A DNA stretch of 64,000 nucleotides, taken from the NCBI GenBank assembly GCA_031973615.1, contig DALYCS010000001.1, positions 6,708 through 70,707 of the forward strand. The letters are read 5' to 3'. The DNA is from Flavobacterium sp. (GTDB lineage Bacteria; Bacteroidota; Bacteroidia; Flavobacteriales; Flavobacteriaceae). A program made the translations under genes and the position numbers. Positions 20,763 to 30,686 of the stretch are shown here, one piece after another (the stretch's first letter is position 1; every line of letters starts with the position of its first letter). The notes beneath the pieces were generated by a model. It saw only the letters and a program-made list of their open reading frames with translations, had not been told where the DNA came from and searched no databases.

Positions 20763-21830
20763 ATGAATAAAGCGTTAATTATAGGCCCTTTTCCTGGTCC
20801 TACAAAAGGAATAAGTTTTCAAAATGAAATTTTATATAACGGGTTAAGAAATAGACACTGGAAAGTATTAAAAATAGACACTGAGTTTTCAAATAAAATA
20901 GTTTTAAAATCTCAGTTTTCCTTAAGTAATTTTAAAATTCTTTTTAGGTTTTTAGAAGCCTATAAAATCCTTCAAGTTAATTATGTTTATATAACTATAG
21001 GAATTTCGTTTTTTGGAGTTTTAAAATACGCTCCATTTGTTTTACTATCAAAAATATTTAATAAAAAATTAATTATTCATGTTCAAAGTGGTTACTTAGA
21101 GACTATGTACAATGAATTGACTGGTTGGAAAAAAAAATTAGTTTATAAAATACTTAGTTCGTTTGATTCTGGTATTGTATTGTCACAATGTTTAACAAAC
21201 AATCTTGAACCTTTTTTAAATCGAGAAAACATTCACATAGTAGAAAATTTTATTGATAATAACCTGTTAGAAAAAGAAATTAAAAAAGATTATTCTGAAA
21301 TTAAAATAATTTACATGAGTAACCTTTTATTATCAAAAGGTATAAATGATTTGTTACTAGCAATAAAATCATTAAATCAAGAAAATATTATTTTTAAAGT
21401 AAAAGTTGCTGGTGGAAAGGATGAAGCAAATAACGTAGATGATCTATTAGCCGAATTACCAAATGTTGAATATTTAGGTGCGGTAAAAGGTCAAGAAAAA
21501 ATTGACTTATTAACTTGGGGTAATGTCTTTTGTTTACCTACTTTTTTTAAGTTTGAAGGGCAACCAATAAGTCTACTTGAAGGAATGGCATTCAGAAATT
21601 ATATTTTGACTACAGACCATGCTGGTATTAAAGATGTATGTACTGAAGAAAATGCTGTTTTTTGTTTGAAAAAAAATCCTGAAGATTTAAAAGATAAATT
21701 GATTCAAATTAAAAATAATTGGGCTTCCTTAAAAGAAAATGCGTATAATAATGGTGATTATGCAATAGCTAACTTTTCTGAAGACAAGTTTGTTGATTCA
21801 ATAATAAATGTATTTGATAAAAGCCATTAG
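20763..21830 (+). CDS. Glycosyltransferase family 4 (GT-B); likely start ATG 20763
   Basis: KGINDLL and FCLPT..EGQPISLLEGMA motifs. Confidence 0.88.
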   Translation: MNKALIIGPFPGPTKGISFQNEILYNGLRNRHWKVLKIDTEFSNKIVLKSQFSLSNFKILFRFLEAYKILQVNYVYITIGISFFGVLKYAPFVLLSKIFNKKLIIHVQSGYLETMYNELTGWKKKLVYKILSSFDSGIVLSQCLTNNLEPFLNRENIHIVENFIDNNLLEKEIKKDYSEIKIIYMSNLLLSKGINDLLLAIKSLNQENIIFKVKVAGGKDEANNVDDLLAELPNVEYLGAVKGQEKIDLLTWGNVFCLPTFFKFEGQPISLLEGMAFRNYILTTDHAGIKDVCTEENAVFCLKKNPEDLKDKLIQIKNNWASLKENAYNNGDYAIANFSEDKFVDSIINVFDKSH

Positions 21831-21878
21831 GCTTCACAAATAAACTTTTTAGTTTTAAATAATAGTAGAATATTATTA

Positions 21879-23084
21879 CTACGTGATTTTTGAAACAACT
21901 TCTTCATTCGTTTTTTTATAAAACAAAATGGACATAAATATTGAAAAAAGTATGATTCCATTTTGTCTATCTAAATAGCTTTCTATCATGAAAATGAACA
22001 AGAAAAACATTAAAATCGTTGACCCTAATATGTTATTTTCGTTTTTAAACTTAATAAAAAAATAAAAAATTGTAATTATAAAAAAAGCGAATCCTATCAA
22101 ACCAAAACTTAATACAAATTGTAAATATTGATTGTGGCAATTTGATTTTCTCTCTGCTAAAACCAAAAACCCGTTAGATTTCATTTGTTGGGAAAGTAAA
22201 TCTTGAATATCACCTATTCCATATCCAAAAATCGGACTTTCTTTGATTAGTTCCAAACTGTTTTCCCAAAGAACCAACCGAATACCTGTAGAAGTTACTT
22301 CGTTTTTTATATAACTTTCTTTATTCCATAATTCTGCATACCTATTTTTGATTTCTGGGACAAACATAAAAGCAAAAAAAGCGATGATAACAATAGAAAT
22401 ACTACTAATCATTACTGGTTTTGATTTAATGATGTTTATTAAATAAAGCGGAAGTAAAATAAAAAAAGACAATATTACCCCCTTTCTAGCCAAAAAAAAC
22501 AACCCAAAGAATAAGACTGCAAATAAAATTATTTTTTGAACTTTATTAAAGAACTTACTATTAAACAACAAAAACAAAGCCAAAACAAATTGAACCGACA
22601 AATAAATGGGGTGGTCTCCAATATGGTAAAATTCATTGGTGATAAAAGAATAATAATAGTACAGATCGTGTTCAGATCTTAAATATCCTAGTTGTAAAAT
22701 ATACAGCAGCATCATGATAACATAGAGCGCATTTGTTACCACAAATACCGGAACAAATGTGTCAATTATTGTTTTTTTACTTTCTATTTTCAAAAAAGCA
22801 AAAGACAAAGGAATACAAAGTAATGGAAAGAATCGAATCAAATAGGTTATGCCTCTTTCTACATTATAAGAATAAAAAACAGAACTAATTAAGGGCACAA
22901 ATAGCAGGCTAATGAAACCCACGCTTTTTATAGATTTAATTGAAAACCGTTCTTTTCTTTTGACAAAAAAGTACAACGCATAACACAAAAAAAGGACGAT
23001 TAGAACAGGTTTAATCTTAAACGGAACCAGTATTATGGATCCCAATAAAAAACCCATTATGCTGTCAAATTTATTTTTTTCCAT
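21879..23084 (-). CDS. O-antigen ligase family (Wzy_C) membrane protein
   Basis: Multi-TM with loop STGIRLVLW...SPIFGYGIG...HNQYLQ. Confidence 0.85.
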   Translation of the reverse strand: MEKNKFDSIMGFLLGSIILVPFKIKPVLIVLFLCYALYFFVKRKERFSIKSIKSVGFISLLFVPLISSVFYSYNVERGITYLIRFFPLLCIPLSFAFLKIESKKTIIDTFVPVFVVTNALYVIMMLLYILQLGYLRSEHDLYYYYSFITNEFYHIGDHPIYLSVQFVLALFLLFNSKFFNKVQKIILFAVLFFGLFFLARKGVILSFFILLPLYLINIIKSKPVMISSISIVIIAFFAFMFVPEIKNRYAELWNKESYIKNEVTSTGIRLVLWENSLELIKESPIFGYGIGDIQDLLSQQMKSNGFLVLAERKSNCHNQYLQFVLSFGLIGFAFFIITIFYFFIKFKNENNILGSTILMFFLFIFMIESYLDRQNGIILFSIFMSILFYKKTNEEVVSKIT

Positions 23085-24342
23085 GGTAAACGATCTTTTT
23101 TCGACTTAATTTTTTCAACACATAAATTACCACAAATAAAAAAAGGGAATAATAAATATATCGGTTTGCTGAACGTAAATTATATTCAAAACTAAAAATA
23201 ACAAACATGATTAGTAGTAATAAATGTAAAATTGGAAGGAAATATTTTTTGTTTTGAAAACTACTTTTGATGAAGAAGTCTACTTTCGCAAAATAATACC
23301 CAATCAAAAAATAATAAATAATAAAAAACCCTTTATATTTTGCCAATTCTCCAATTGCGGTAAACGGGGCATAAATATTACTTCTCATCCGATCAGCTAG
23401 TCCATACCAATTGGTCATTCTTCCTGGTAAAGGATTTAAACACGTCCAAAGAATATCCCAAGAATAAAAGCCATATTCTTTGATGGTATCTGCTGTTGCA
23501 TAATATCCAAAAACAAAAGAATAGTATGTGTTTTTAAGCGCATATAAATATAAAATTTCAGGTTTTTCTAAAACCAAAATGGCATAGGGTAATAAACCGT
23601 GCACTTTAGTTTCAGATCGTAAAGAGATGTTAAAACCAAAGAAGAAAAAAACAAAAATTGTAAACCATATTAAAAAGAAAATTTTTGAAAAACGTGTCTT
23701 GATAAAAACAAAAATTGTAATTCCATATAAAATTAAGTTTACCGAAGCAAATCTACTGCCCATAGCAATCCCAACTAACAACGTTATCACCATCGCGAGT
23801 ATGGAGTTTTTTTTGTTTTTATGAAACAATATTCCGGCTAAGAAACTAATAAAAACAAAAGAAACTTGATAAATGGTTTTAAATGTAGACGCTTTTTTGG
23901 GCAAATATTTAGGCCTAGAAAAAAATTCCAAACCATAATCCATAAACACCAAAACCAAAGCCAATAATAGAAGTGCAAACATTAACTTTTGCAAGACATC
24001 GCTTTTGGAACTAATTTTAGTAGTGTTAAATTGCAATGGGGTAAACTGAAGTGTGCTATATTGTCTTTTATTTGCCGTTTTATAAACAAATGTTCCTAAA
24101 ACAAACATAATGATCATTATTGCAAAAACATTTGTTGTAAACGCAAATTTATCATCAGAAATTCGATCAAAATTATACATGTTTATCTTTAGATGATACG
24201 GTATAAAATTTTGATACAGGAGGGTAAAAAACACCACCAATGCATAATAAATCACAAACAAATCAACGGGAGAGTATAAAACTATTTTTCTTTTATAGAA
24301 AAAAAGTAATAAAAAAGAAATTAAAGCTATGCTGATCCACAC
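23071..24342 (-). CDS. Putative oligosaccharide repeat-unit polymerase (Wzy-like)
   Basis: About 10-11 TMs, GSR motif and NIYAPFTAIGE loop; overlaps the ligase start. Confidence 0.6.
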   Translation of the reverse strand: MWISIALISFLLLFFYKRKIVLYSPVDLFVIYYALVVFFTLLYQNFIPYHLKINMYNFDRISDDKFAFTTNVFAIMIIMFVLGTFVYKTANKRQYSTLQFTPLQFNTTKISSKSDVLQKLMFALLLLALVLVFMDYGLEFFSRPKYLPKKASTFKTIYQVSFVFISFLAGILFHKNKKNSILAMVITLLVGIAMGSRFASVNLILYGITIFVFIKTRFSKIFFLIWFTIFVFFFFGFNISLRSETKVHGLLPYAILVLEKPEILYLYALKNTYYSFVFGYYATADTIKEYGFYSWDILWTCLNPLPGRMTNWYGLADRMRSNIYAPFTAIGELAKYKGFFIIYYFLIGYYFAKVDFFIKSSFQNKKYFLPILHLLLLIMFVIFSFEYNLRSANRYIYYSLFLFVVIYVLKKLSRKKIVYHGKK

Positions 24343-24353
24343 ATCATTTACAA

Positions 24354-24767
24354 TTATTTTATAGCAATATCAGAGGGAGACATTACACTATAAAAATTAG
24401 CAACATTATTCACAACATAGATATATATATCTGAGGTAACTTCATCAATTAATATAATTTCTGGCATAATCCCTTTTGGTGTTGCCGTAGTTCTAACTTT
24501 TATAGAATACCTGTTTTCTTTAGATTTTGGTAACGGTTGTTCGTGAGTAGCTTCATACCAATTCGAAGAATTTTCCCCTACAAATACAGTCCCAGTAGTC
24601 TTGTCTAATACGATCGCATAATAGGATTTATTTTCGCCGAGTTCTACGAGTTCCATTTGGAATTTTGAGGTAAAAACAGCTTCTTTTTTAATAGGCTCAT
24701 CCTGTTTTTTATCACAAGAAAATAGCGTAACCACAAGAAATAACACTGTTAAAAATAAATGCTTCAT
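24354..24767 (-). CDS. Hypothetical lipoprotein
   Basis: Signal peptide with lipobox LFSC, followed by DKKQDE. Confidence 0.72.
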   Translation of the reverse strand: MKHLFLTVLFLVVTLFSCDKKQDEPIKKEAVFTSKFQMELVELGENKSYYAIVLDKTTGTVFVGENSSNWYEATHEQPLPKSKENRYSIKVRTTATPKGIMPEIILIDEVTSDIYIYVVNNVANFYSVMSPSDIAIK

Positions 24768-24891
24768 ACTTTGATAATTTTTTCAAATATAGCCATAATA
24801 AATAAGCTAACAATATTCCTAAAAAAACAAATTATTAACTTTCATATCTTTTAAAATTACGTTTTATTTGTAAGATATTTAAACTATTTGA

Positions 24892-26130
24892 ATGTCTGTA
24901 AATAAATCCATAACGATCATTACTCCTAATTATTATCCTGAAGATACTGCAATAGGTTATTATACCACAGATTTTGCAAATAATTTAGTGAGTCGTGGGT
25001 TTGAAGTTCAAATAATTACTGGGTTTCCTTATTATCCGCAATGGAAAATTGAGGCGTCTTATCGCGACCATCCCAATTATTTCAAAGAAACAATTGACAA
25101 TATTACAATCTACAGATATAAAATGTACCTCCCAAAAAAAGTAACCTTTTTTGGGCGAATTAAAATGATGTTGAGTCTATTAAAAGGCACATTTCAAAAC
25201 ATCAAAAACATCGAAAAAACAAATCTAGTGGTTTGTGTGGTTCCTTTTACATTATTTATTTTTCCTGCTTTTATTTTGGCTAAAAAAAATAAATCCCCGC
25301 TTTGGATTCACATTCAAGATTTTGAATTTGATTTGGCTTTTGAAACCGGTATATATCAAAATGTTTTCTCAAAAACTATAAAATATTTTATTTTTAATTT
25401 AGAAAAATATTTACTTAATAAAGCGGACGTTATAAGCAGTATAAGTTATAACATGCTGAGAAAAATTCATCAAAAAACACAAAAAAAAGATGCTTTTTAT
25501 TTTCCAAACTGGGTGTCTTCTGAAAAAATCAATCCTATTTTGGCAAAAAAGCACCGGTTTTTTAATGAAAAAGTCTTTTCTATGTTATACTCCGGAAATA
25601 TTGGTCAAAAACAAAATTGGGAGGCATTTATTGATCTCTGTCATCGAATAAAACAGGAAGACAACATTGAAATCGTCATTGTGGGTGATGGTGCTTATTC
25701 TGACCAATTAAAGGAGCAAACCCGAAATTTTGAATTTGTTAAATTTTATGAACCTGTGCCTTTTTGTGAGTTAAACGACTTGTTATGCAGTGCCGATTTG
25801 CATTTTTTATTCCAAAAAACAGAGGTAGTAGACACTGTTATGCCTTCTAAAATATTGGGAATGTTGGCCAGTAAAAAACCGTCCATCGTTACCGGAAATA
25901 AATATTCAGAAGTAAAAACCATATTTGATAATGCTAATTGTGGGTGCTTTTTGGACCAAAATAATGGTGCAGAAATTTATGATAGGTTACTCCATTTAAA
26001 AGAAAATAGTGCGTTGAGAGAAAATTGGGGAAAAAATGGTAGAAAATATGTTTTAGAGCACTTTTCAGAAACGAACGTGTTATCAAACACAATTGATAAA
26101 ATAAATCAAATGGTTAATAATTCAAAATAA
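24892..26130 (+). CDS. WcaI-like glycosyltransferase family 4
   Basis: NYYPE, FPYYPQW, HIQDFEFD, YSGNIGQKQ and MPSK motifs. Confidence 0.9.
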   Translation: MSVNKSITIITPNYYPEDTAIGYYTTDFANNLVSRGFEVQIITGFPYYPQWKIEASYRDHPNYFKETIDNITIYRYKMYLPKKVTFFGRIKMMLSLLKGTFQNIKNIEKTNLVVCVVPFTLFIFPAFILAKKNKSPLWIHIQDFEFDLAFETGIYQNVFSKTIKYFIFNLEKYLLNKADVISSISYNMLRKIHQKTQKKDAFYFPNWVSSEKINPILAKKHRFFNEKVFSMLYSGNIGQKQNWEAFIDLCHRIKQEDNIEIVIVGDGAYSDQLKEQTRNFEFVKFYEPVPFCELNDLLCSADLHFLFQKTEVVDTVMPSKILGMLASKKPSIVTGNKYSEVKTIFDNANCGCFLDQNNGAEIYDRLLHLKENSALRENWGKNGRKYVLEHFSETNVLSNTIDKINQMVNNSK

Positions 26131-26866
26131 CCCTACCCGTGAATAATTGTTGCACATTCATCTGATGAGGCGCTTCTTTTACTATTAAATTTCCAGTAGA
26201 AAATAATTTGCCATTAAAAACAGAAGGCGTTTTAAACAGCATATCGTTGGAGCCTCTATGAAACAAATTTACAATGTTATTTACCCTCAATTCATTGGCC
26301 ATGAATCTTCCATTTCCCCATGTAAACAATACGTCTAAATAATTAGTTTGCCCCGAAATGAAAAAATTTGAAGCATTATTGCTTTCTACTAAAACATATA
26401 AATTATTGACCGTCAAAATAAAATCTCCGGTGCCCGCTCCGTCGTTTATGTCAATCGAATAGAGTCTTAATTCGGGATACGTTAACACGCCATCGCTTTT
26501 TATTTCTTGCTCCGTTTTACTGTGAATTTCTTCTAAAGATGGCGTCGTAACATACACTACCGTTTGTCCATACTCTCGTGCTAAATTACAGGTAGAACGA
26601 TCTTTTACAACTAACATACTTCCATCCATTTTTACCTCAATGTTGTCTAAGATACTGCTGGGAGCCGCTATTTTTACTTCATAATTAGGGCCTTCTTTTA
26701 CGACCAATCCAATACCTTCGTATACTTTTATTTTGGTAAAATTTTCAAGCGGAAAAGTTTGATAGATCCGCCTTCCGTTGCCTTTCCAGCAGTCATCAGA
26801 AATGCCACAACCTGTTACTATACAGATGCAACACAAGCCTATAATATGCCAAAACAGTTTTCTCAT
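26114..26866 (-). CDS. DUF2807 (head GIN domain) lipoprotein; likely start ATG 26866
   Basis: Cys-containing signal (VTGC); beta-repeat pattern FTKIKVYEGIGL..., similar to 41016-41684. Confidence 0.78.
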   Translation of the reverse strand: MRKLFWHIIGLCCICIVTGCGISDDCWKGNGRRIYQTFPLENFTKIKVYEGIGLVVKEGPNYEVKIAAPSSILDNIEVKMDGSMLVVKDRSTCNLAREYGQTVVYVTTPSLEEIHSKTEQEIKSDGVLTYPELRLYSIDINDGAGTGDFILTVNNLYVLVESNNASNFFISGQTNYLDVLFTWGNGRFMANELRVNNIVNLFHRGSNDMLFKTPSVFNGKLFSTGNLIVKEAPHQMNVQQLFTGRVILNY

Positions 26867-26867
26867 T

Positions 26868-27965
26868 TTAAAGTCGGATGCCCAAGGTGGCTTCAATGGC
26901 TTCGGCCTTTTCAAAATGGGTTTTCAATCCAATTCCTGAAAAAAGCCAGGGGTTTAAATAATATTTTAAGACGAAACGTTGGTAAACATCACCTTCATAA
27001 TCAAAGGGTTTGTACACATAATAACCGAACTGGGTTTCTATGGATAATTTATTAATGAACAATTCGTGTCCCACAAATAATCCCACTCGCTTATAATCAG
27101 TATTGGGATTGGCATACAATTCATGCTCTTTTGGAAAGGCCACCGAAACATAGCGAATGTAATCTTGCAAATAGCGCGAAAAAAATAAATCGGCACCAAA
27201 TTGAAGTGCACTTTTTCGTCCAATCCGTTTATCAGCATAGGCCCCAAAATGATAAAATTGACGTTGTCCTAAATGAGGCACCGGACCTTCTGAAACACCC
27301 GTTCTAAAAGCGATATTGTATTTTATACGTTCTGCATACGATGCAGGAGCTGGCAAAGAATCTAATTTGATTTCTTGCTTTTCTCGCCATCCATAATTGA
27401 GTCCCAGGGTAAGGGCAAACGTATTGATGCCGTTGTTTGGGGCTTTGATCCGACCGTTAGAAAAATGGGTCAGCATAAACCCTGCTTGTACGCCTAAATT
27501 CTCTATAATATTTTCTTTTTTATACTGTACTAAAAAATACGTGTTATCCATTACTTTGGTTCCAAAGGCATTGTTTTTATTGTTGGTCACTTTATCATAG
27601 GGCGACGAAGTTATACCTATTCCTTGTGAAACACGAAAGATCAATTGACGGTTAAGAAAATAAAAATTATAATGTGCCCCTATAGCATGATTGACGCCTA
27701 AATAGTGATTTTTGAAATCAATGTACTGATACGAAATACCATAATCGGGATAGTTGTATGCTTTATGCCATTCTTTTGATCCGTTGGTTTTCCAATTGTA
27801 ACTGAGTAGAATTCCATCGGGGTGTCCCGAAATTAAATGACCAATATCTGACTTGTGTTTGTAAATATTCCCCCTAAAAAATTGAGCATCAATATAATTA
27901 CAGCCGTTTTCTTGAGAAAAAGTATAGAGAAATGAACAACATAAAAAAAACAGCAATTGTTTCAT
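26868..27965 (-). CDS. Outer-membrane beta-barrel, PagL-like / acyloxyacyl hydrolase family
   Basis: Signal peptide, THFSNG (H.SNG) motif, amphipathic strands ending LGIRL. Confidence 0.72.
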   Translation of the reverse strand: MKQLLFFLCCSFLYTFSQENGCNYIDAQFFRGNIYKHKSDIGHLISGHPDGILLSYNWKTNGSKEWHKAYNYPDYGISYQYIDFKNHYLGVNHAIGAHYNFYFLNRQLIFRVSQGIGITSSPYDKVTNNKNNAFGTKVMDNTYFLVQYKKENIIENLGVQAGFMLTHFSNGRIKAPNNGINTFALTLGLNYGWREKQEIKLDSLPAPASYAERIKYNIAFRTGVSEGPVPHLGQRQFYHFGAYADKRIGRKSALQFGADLFFSRYLQDYIRYVSVAFPKEHELYANPNTDYKRVGLFVGHELFINKLSIETQFGYYVYKPFDYEGDVYQRFVLKYYLNPWLFSGIGLKTHFEKAEAIEATLGIRL

Positions 27966-28008
27966 TTGCTTTCTATCCTTAAGTTTTTATTGATATTAAG
28001 TGCGTTTA

Positions 28009-28953
28009 TTATTGTTCGTTACGTCTTTTCGCTGCCTGAAACAAAGCATAGCCTAGCAAATAACCAAAAATTAACAGTAGTGGTAAAAACACCTTTGGAT
28101 TAAGTAACAACGGATCAAATTTACGAATGTTGATTACACTGCTTTCCTCTTTTACGATTTGATCGAAATTACTTTCCTTTAAAAGCAAAAATTGATTTGC
28201 GTATATCAATTCATCTTTCTTTTGTACCAACTCGGGCAAACTGTTTTTTTCTGAGATAGAAACGGTTGTGTTTGAACTGTTGGACGACAACAAACCAATG
28301 ATTTTATCGATTTGAGCAATCAATGAATCGTTGAAAACTATCTTATCTTGTACATTTTTGAGGTTTATTTTTTGTTGAGTCTCAAAATAAGTGCTCGTAT
28401 TCAAGTACTTCAATAACGGTGTAATAAATGCTTCTTTTGAAAGCATTCCCTCAGTAGTAATAGTAATTTTGTGGTGGTAATAATTCATTCCGATGGATTC
28501 CTCATTCATGATTTTATCCATTCCGCTTTCTTCGGTCATTAATTTGATCAATTCGAAGTTGTTTTCGTTTTCTTTATCATTCACAAAAGGGAATAACGCG
28601 GGATAAGCTTCAATTTCGATTTTCTTGATTCGATCCGAATGCTGTATCCCAATTTGATTGAAAAAAGCACGATCTTTTTCTCTCAATTTGGTATTAATTT
28701 GGGCTATTTTAGTGTATACGTATTCATTACTTTTAAAGTTTGGAATAACTGATACTTCATGCGTATAGCTTTTTGATCCTAACAAAAATGCAGCAACAAC
28801 ACCTAGAATTCCCAAGATAATTAATACAATTAATTTCTTTTTCAGAAATAAAATAAATTTAATAAATGATTCTATTGCCCCTTGAAGCATGCTGTTAATG
28901 CCTTTTCCGATTTGGCCCAAATCAATTTCCTGGTCTTGAGAATGTGTACTCAT
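28009..28953 (-). CDS. Wzz-like chain-length determinant / hypothetical membrane protein
   Basis: N-terminal EIDL motif, two terminal TMs flanking a coiled-coil soluble region. Confidence 0.55.
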   Translation of the reverse strand: MSTHSQDQEIDLGQIGKGINSMLQGAIESFIKFILFLKKKLIVLIILGILGVVAAFLLGSKSYTHEVSVIPNFKSNEYVYTKIAQINTKLREKDRAFFNQIGIQHSDRIKKIEIEAYPALFPFVNDKENENNFELIKLMTEESGMDKIMNEESIGMNYYHHKITITTEGMLSKEAFITPLLKYLNTSTYFETQQKINLKNVQDKIVFNDSLIAQIDKIIGLLSSNSSNTTVSISEKNSLPELVQKKDELIYANQFLLLKESNFDQIVKEESSVINIRKFDPLLLNPKVFLPLLLIFGYLLGYALFQAAKRRNEQ

Positions 28954-28954
28954 A

Positions 28955-30646
28955 CTATTTTTTTACATTAAAAATTTGTTCAATTATTTTGATTGTTATC
29001 AAATAGGTGGGTTTTACTCCCGTTGTTCCTAGGCCGCCTGATGCCAATGTGCTTCCGGTTTCCAGCGGATTATCTGAAGCATAATACGCATAACGCACTT
29101 TTACGCTTGGATTGATACTCTTTCTTATTTTAGACGCCGATTGAATGGCTTTCTGATAATAGGCTCCTTCCATCTCCAAACCAATGGCTTGCCAAGTTGA
29201 CTCGTGAAAAAACTTCAACAAATCTCTGTTTTGCAAAGAAGTTCCTAAAACGGTAATCATTGGTCCTTCAAAAACTGGAATGCCATTTCCGCTCAACATT
29301 GCTGCTGTTAATTCGTTTTCAAAACAATAATTGTCGGCCGTTCCTTCGTTTACGTGAGCAGTCGGAATCATAATATCTCCTTTTCCTCCTTCTAAAATTC
29401 CGGCTTTTCCCATGATAGAAACCGATTCTACGTTCATGAAAATTTTACCTTTTTCGGTTTTATAAGGCTTTAATAGCTCGTCAATTGTTTCGTAAGCTTG
29501 TTCGCCAAACGCATAATCCATTACAATCAAAACTGGCTTATTATTACCTAAATCGGCTGTGGCAAATGCCGTTTTAGACAGGTCAATTTTTGCTGTATCA
29601 AAAATTTGCACGTCTATATTAGTGCCCGATCGATCGGGCAACGATATCATTCCTTGTTGTAACGCAAAATCTTCTACTTTCTTGCGCAACTCTTTATTAT
29701 TTGAACTGCTTAAATCTTCAAATATTTGAAAATCAGCAGCATCCTTGTATTTTTTTCCAAGAACAGGTTCTGCAAAAATAGAATTCATCACACTGTGCAT
29801 GTTGGCACTAATGATGTGAATGGGTCGCTCCATCAACTGATTTTTAACCAATACTTCTTTGATATGGTTGGCCCAAATTTCGCCATAAATATGATGTCCC
29901 AGTCTTTCACGTAAAATCGGACTGAAGGTAATGGTTCTTTTGTTGTTATCAACCACTTCTTCTATAGCTAGTTTTCCTAACCAATAAACAATGTGTAAAA
30001 ACCGTTCTGGTGTTTCCGTTGTTCCAAAATCGTTATAAATAGCTTTTACTTCGGCAAACGATCTGCCTAAAATATTGGAAACATGTGAAATGGCTTTTTC
30101 TCTATCAACTAATGTCAGCTTTTTATTTTGCAACACGAGTTGTTCTAGTTTTTCCCAATCGCGCGTAAATCTTCCTTCCTCATCAATTAATACCCTATCT
30201 TTTATTTTATGCGATTCGATAAAAATAAAGGTTAAGTGAGTTAAAATATCATATATATCCGAGCGGCCTCGCGTGATTTCGATATTCATTTGCTCGTCGT
30301 CGATTCGGTAGCAATTTCTTCTTCTCTTAGGTGGAACAATTGCTGTAAAATGAGAACTCGAATAGCCCTCATCAGACGTTAAATTGATGTAACGGCATTG
30401 CTCAATACCAACAGGCAATCGTTCAATAACATACAACAATCCGTTTAATTCTACTTTTTCTTCGGCTATGGACCCGTAAATTTCTGGTCGAAGCGCCAAT
30501 AGTGCGTCTCTCAACGTTTCTCCTGAAACACCCATCGGCTTGTAAAAACCTCTGTTGAATAAATGTCTCATTGTAATGTATAGTCGTTCAATAGCTGCCG
30601 AGGACTCTTGCGCTCTAGAGCGCGAAATGTTTTTAATGTCTTTCAT
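28955..30646 (-). CDS. DUF6909-like protein with a nucleoside-phosphorylase-like C-terminal half
   Basis: MGKAGIL..GDIMIP and AIGLEMEGA resemble PNP/UDP-family motifs. Confidence 0.65.
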   Translation of the reverse strand: MKDIKNISRSRAQESSAAIERLYITMRHLFNRGFYKPMGVSGETLRDALLALRPEIYGSIAEEKVELNGLLYVIERLPVGIEQCRYINLTSDEGYSSSHFTAIVPPKRRRNCYRIDDEQMNIEITRGRSDIYDILTHLTFIFIESHKIKDRVLIDEEGRFTRDWEKLEQLVLQNKKLTLVDREKAISHVSNILGRSFAEVKAIYNDFGTTETPERFLHIVYWLGKLAIEEVVDNNKRTITFSPILRERLGHHIYGEIWANHIKEVLVKNQLMERPIHIISANMHSVMNSIFAEPVLGKKYKDAADFQIFEDLSSSNNKELRKKVEDFALQQGMISLPDRSGTNIDVQIFDTAKIDLSKTAFATADLGNNKPVLIVMDYAFGEQAYETIDELLKPYKTEKGKIFMNVESVSIMGKAGILEGGKGDIMIPTAHVNEGTADNYCFENELTAAMLSGNGIPVFEGPMITVLGTSLQNRDLLKFFHESTWQAIGLEMEGAYYQKAIQSASKIRKSINPSVKVRYAYYASDNPLETGSTLASGGLGTTGVKPTYLITIKIIEQIFNVKK

Positions 30647-30686
30647 TATATCTGTTTATCTAACCTGCAAAAGTACGATTTTATTT

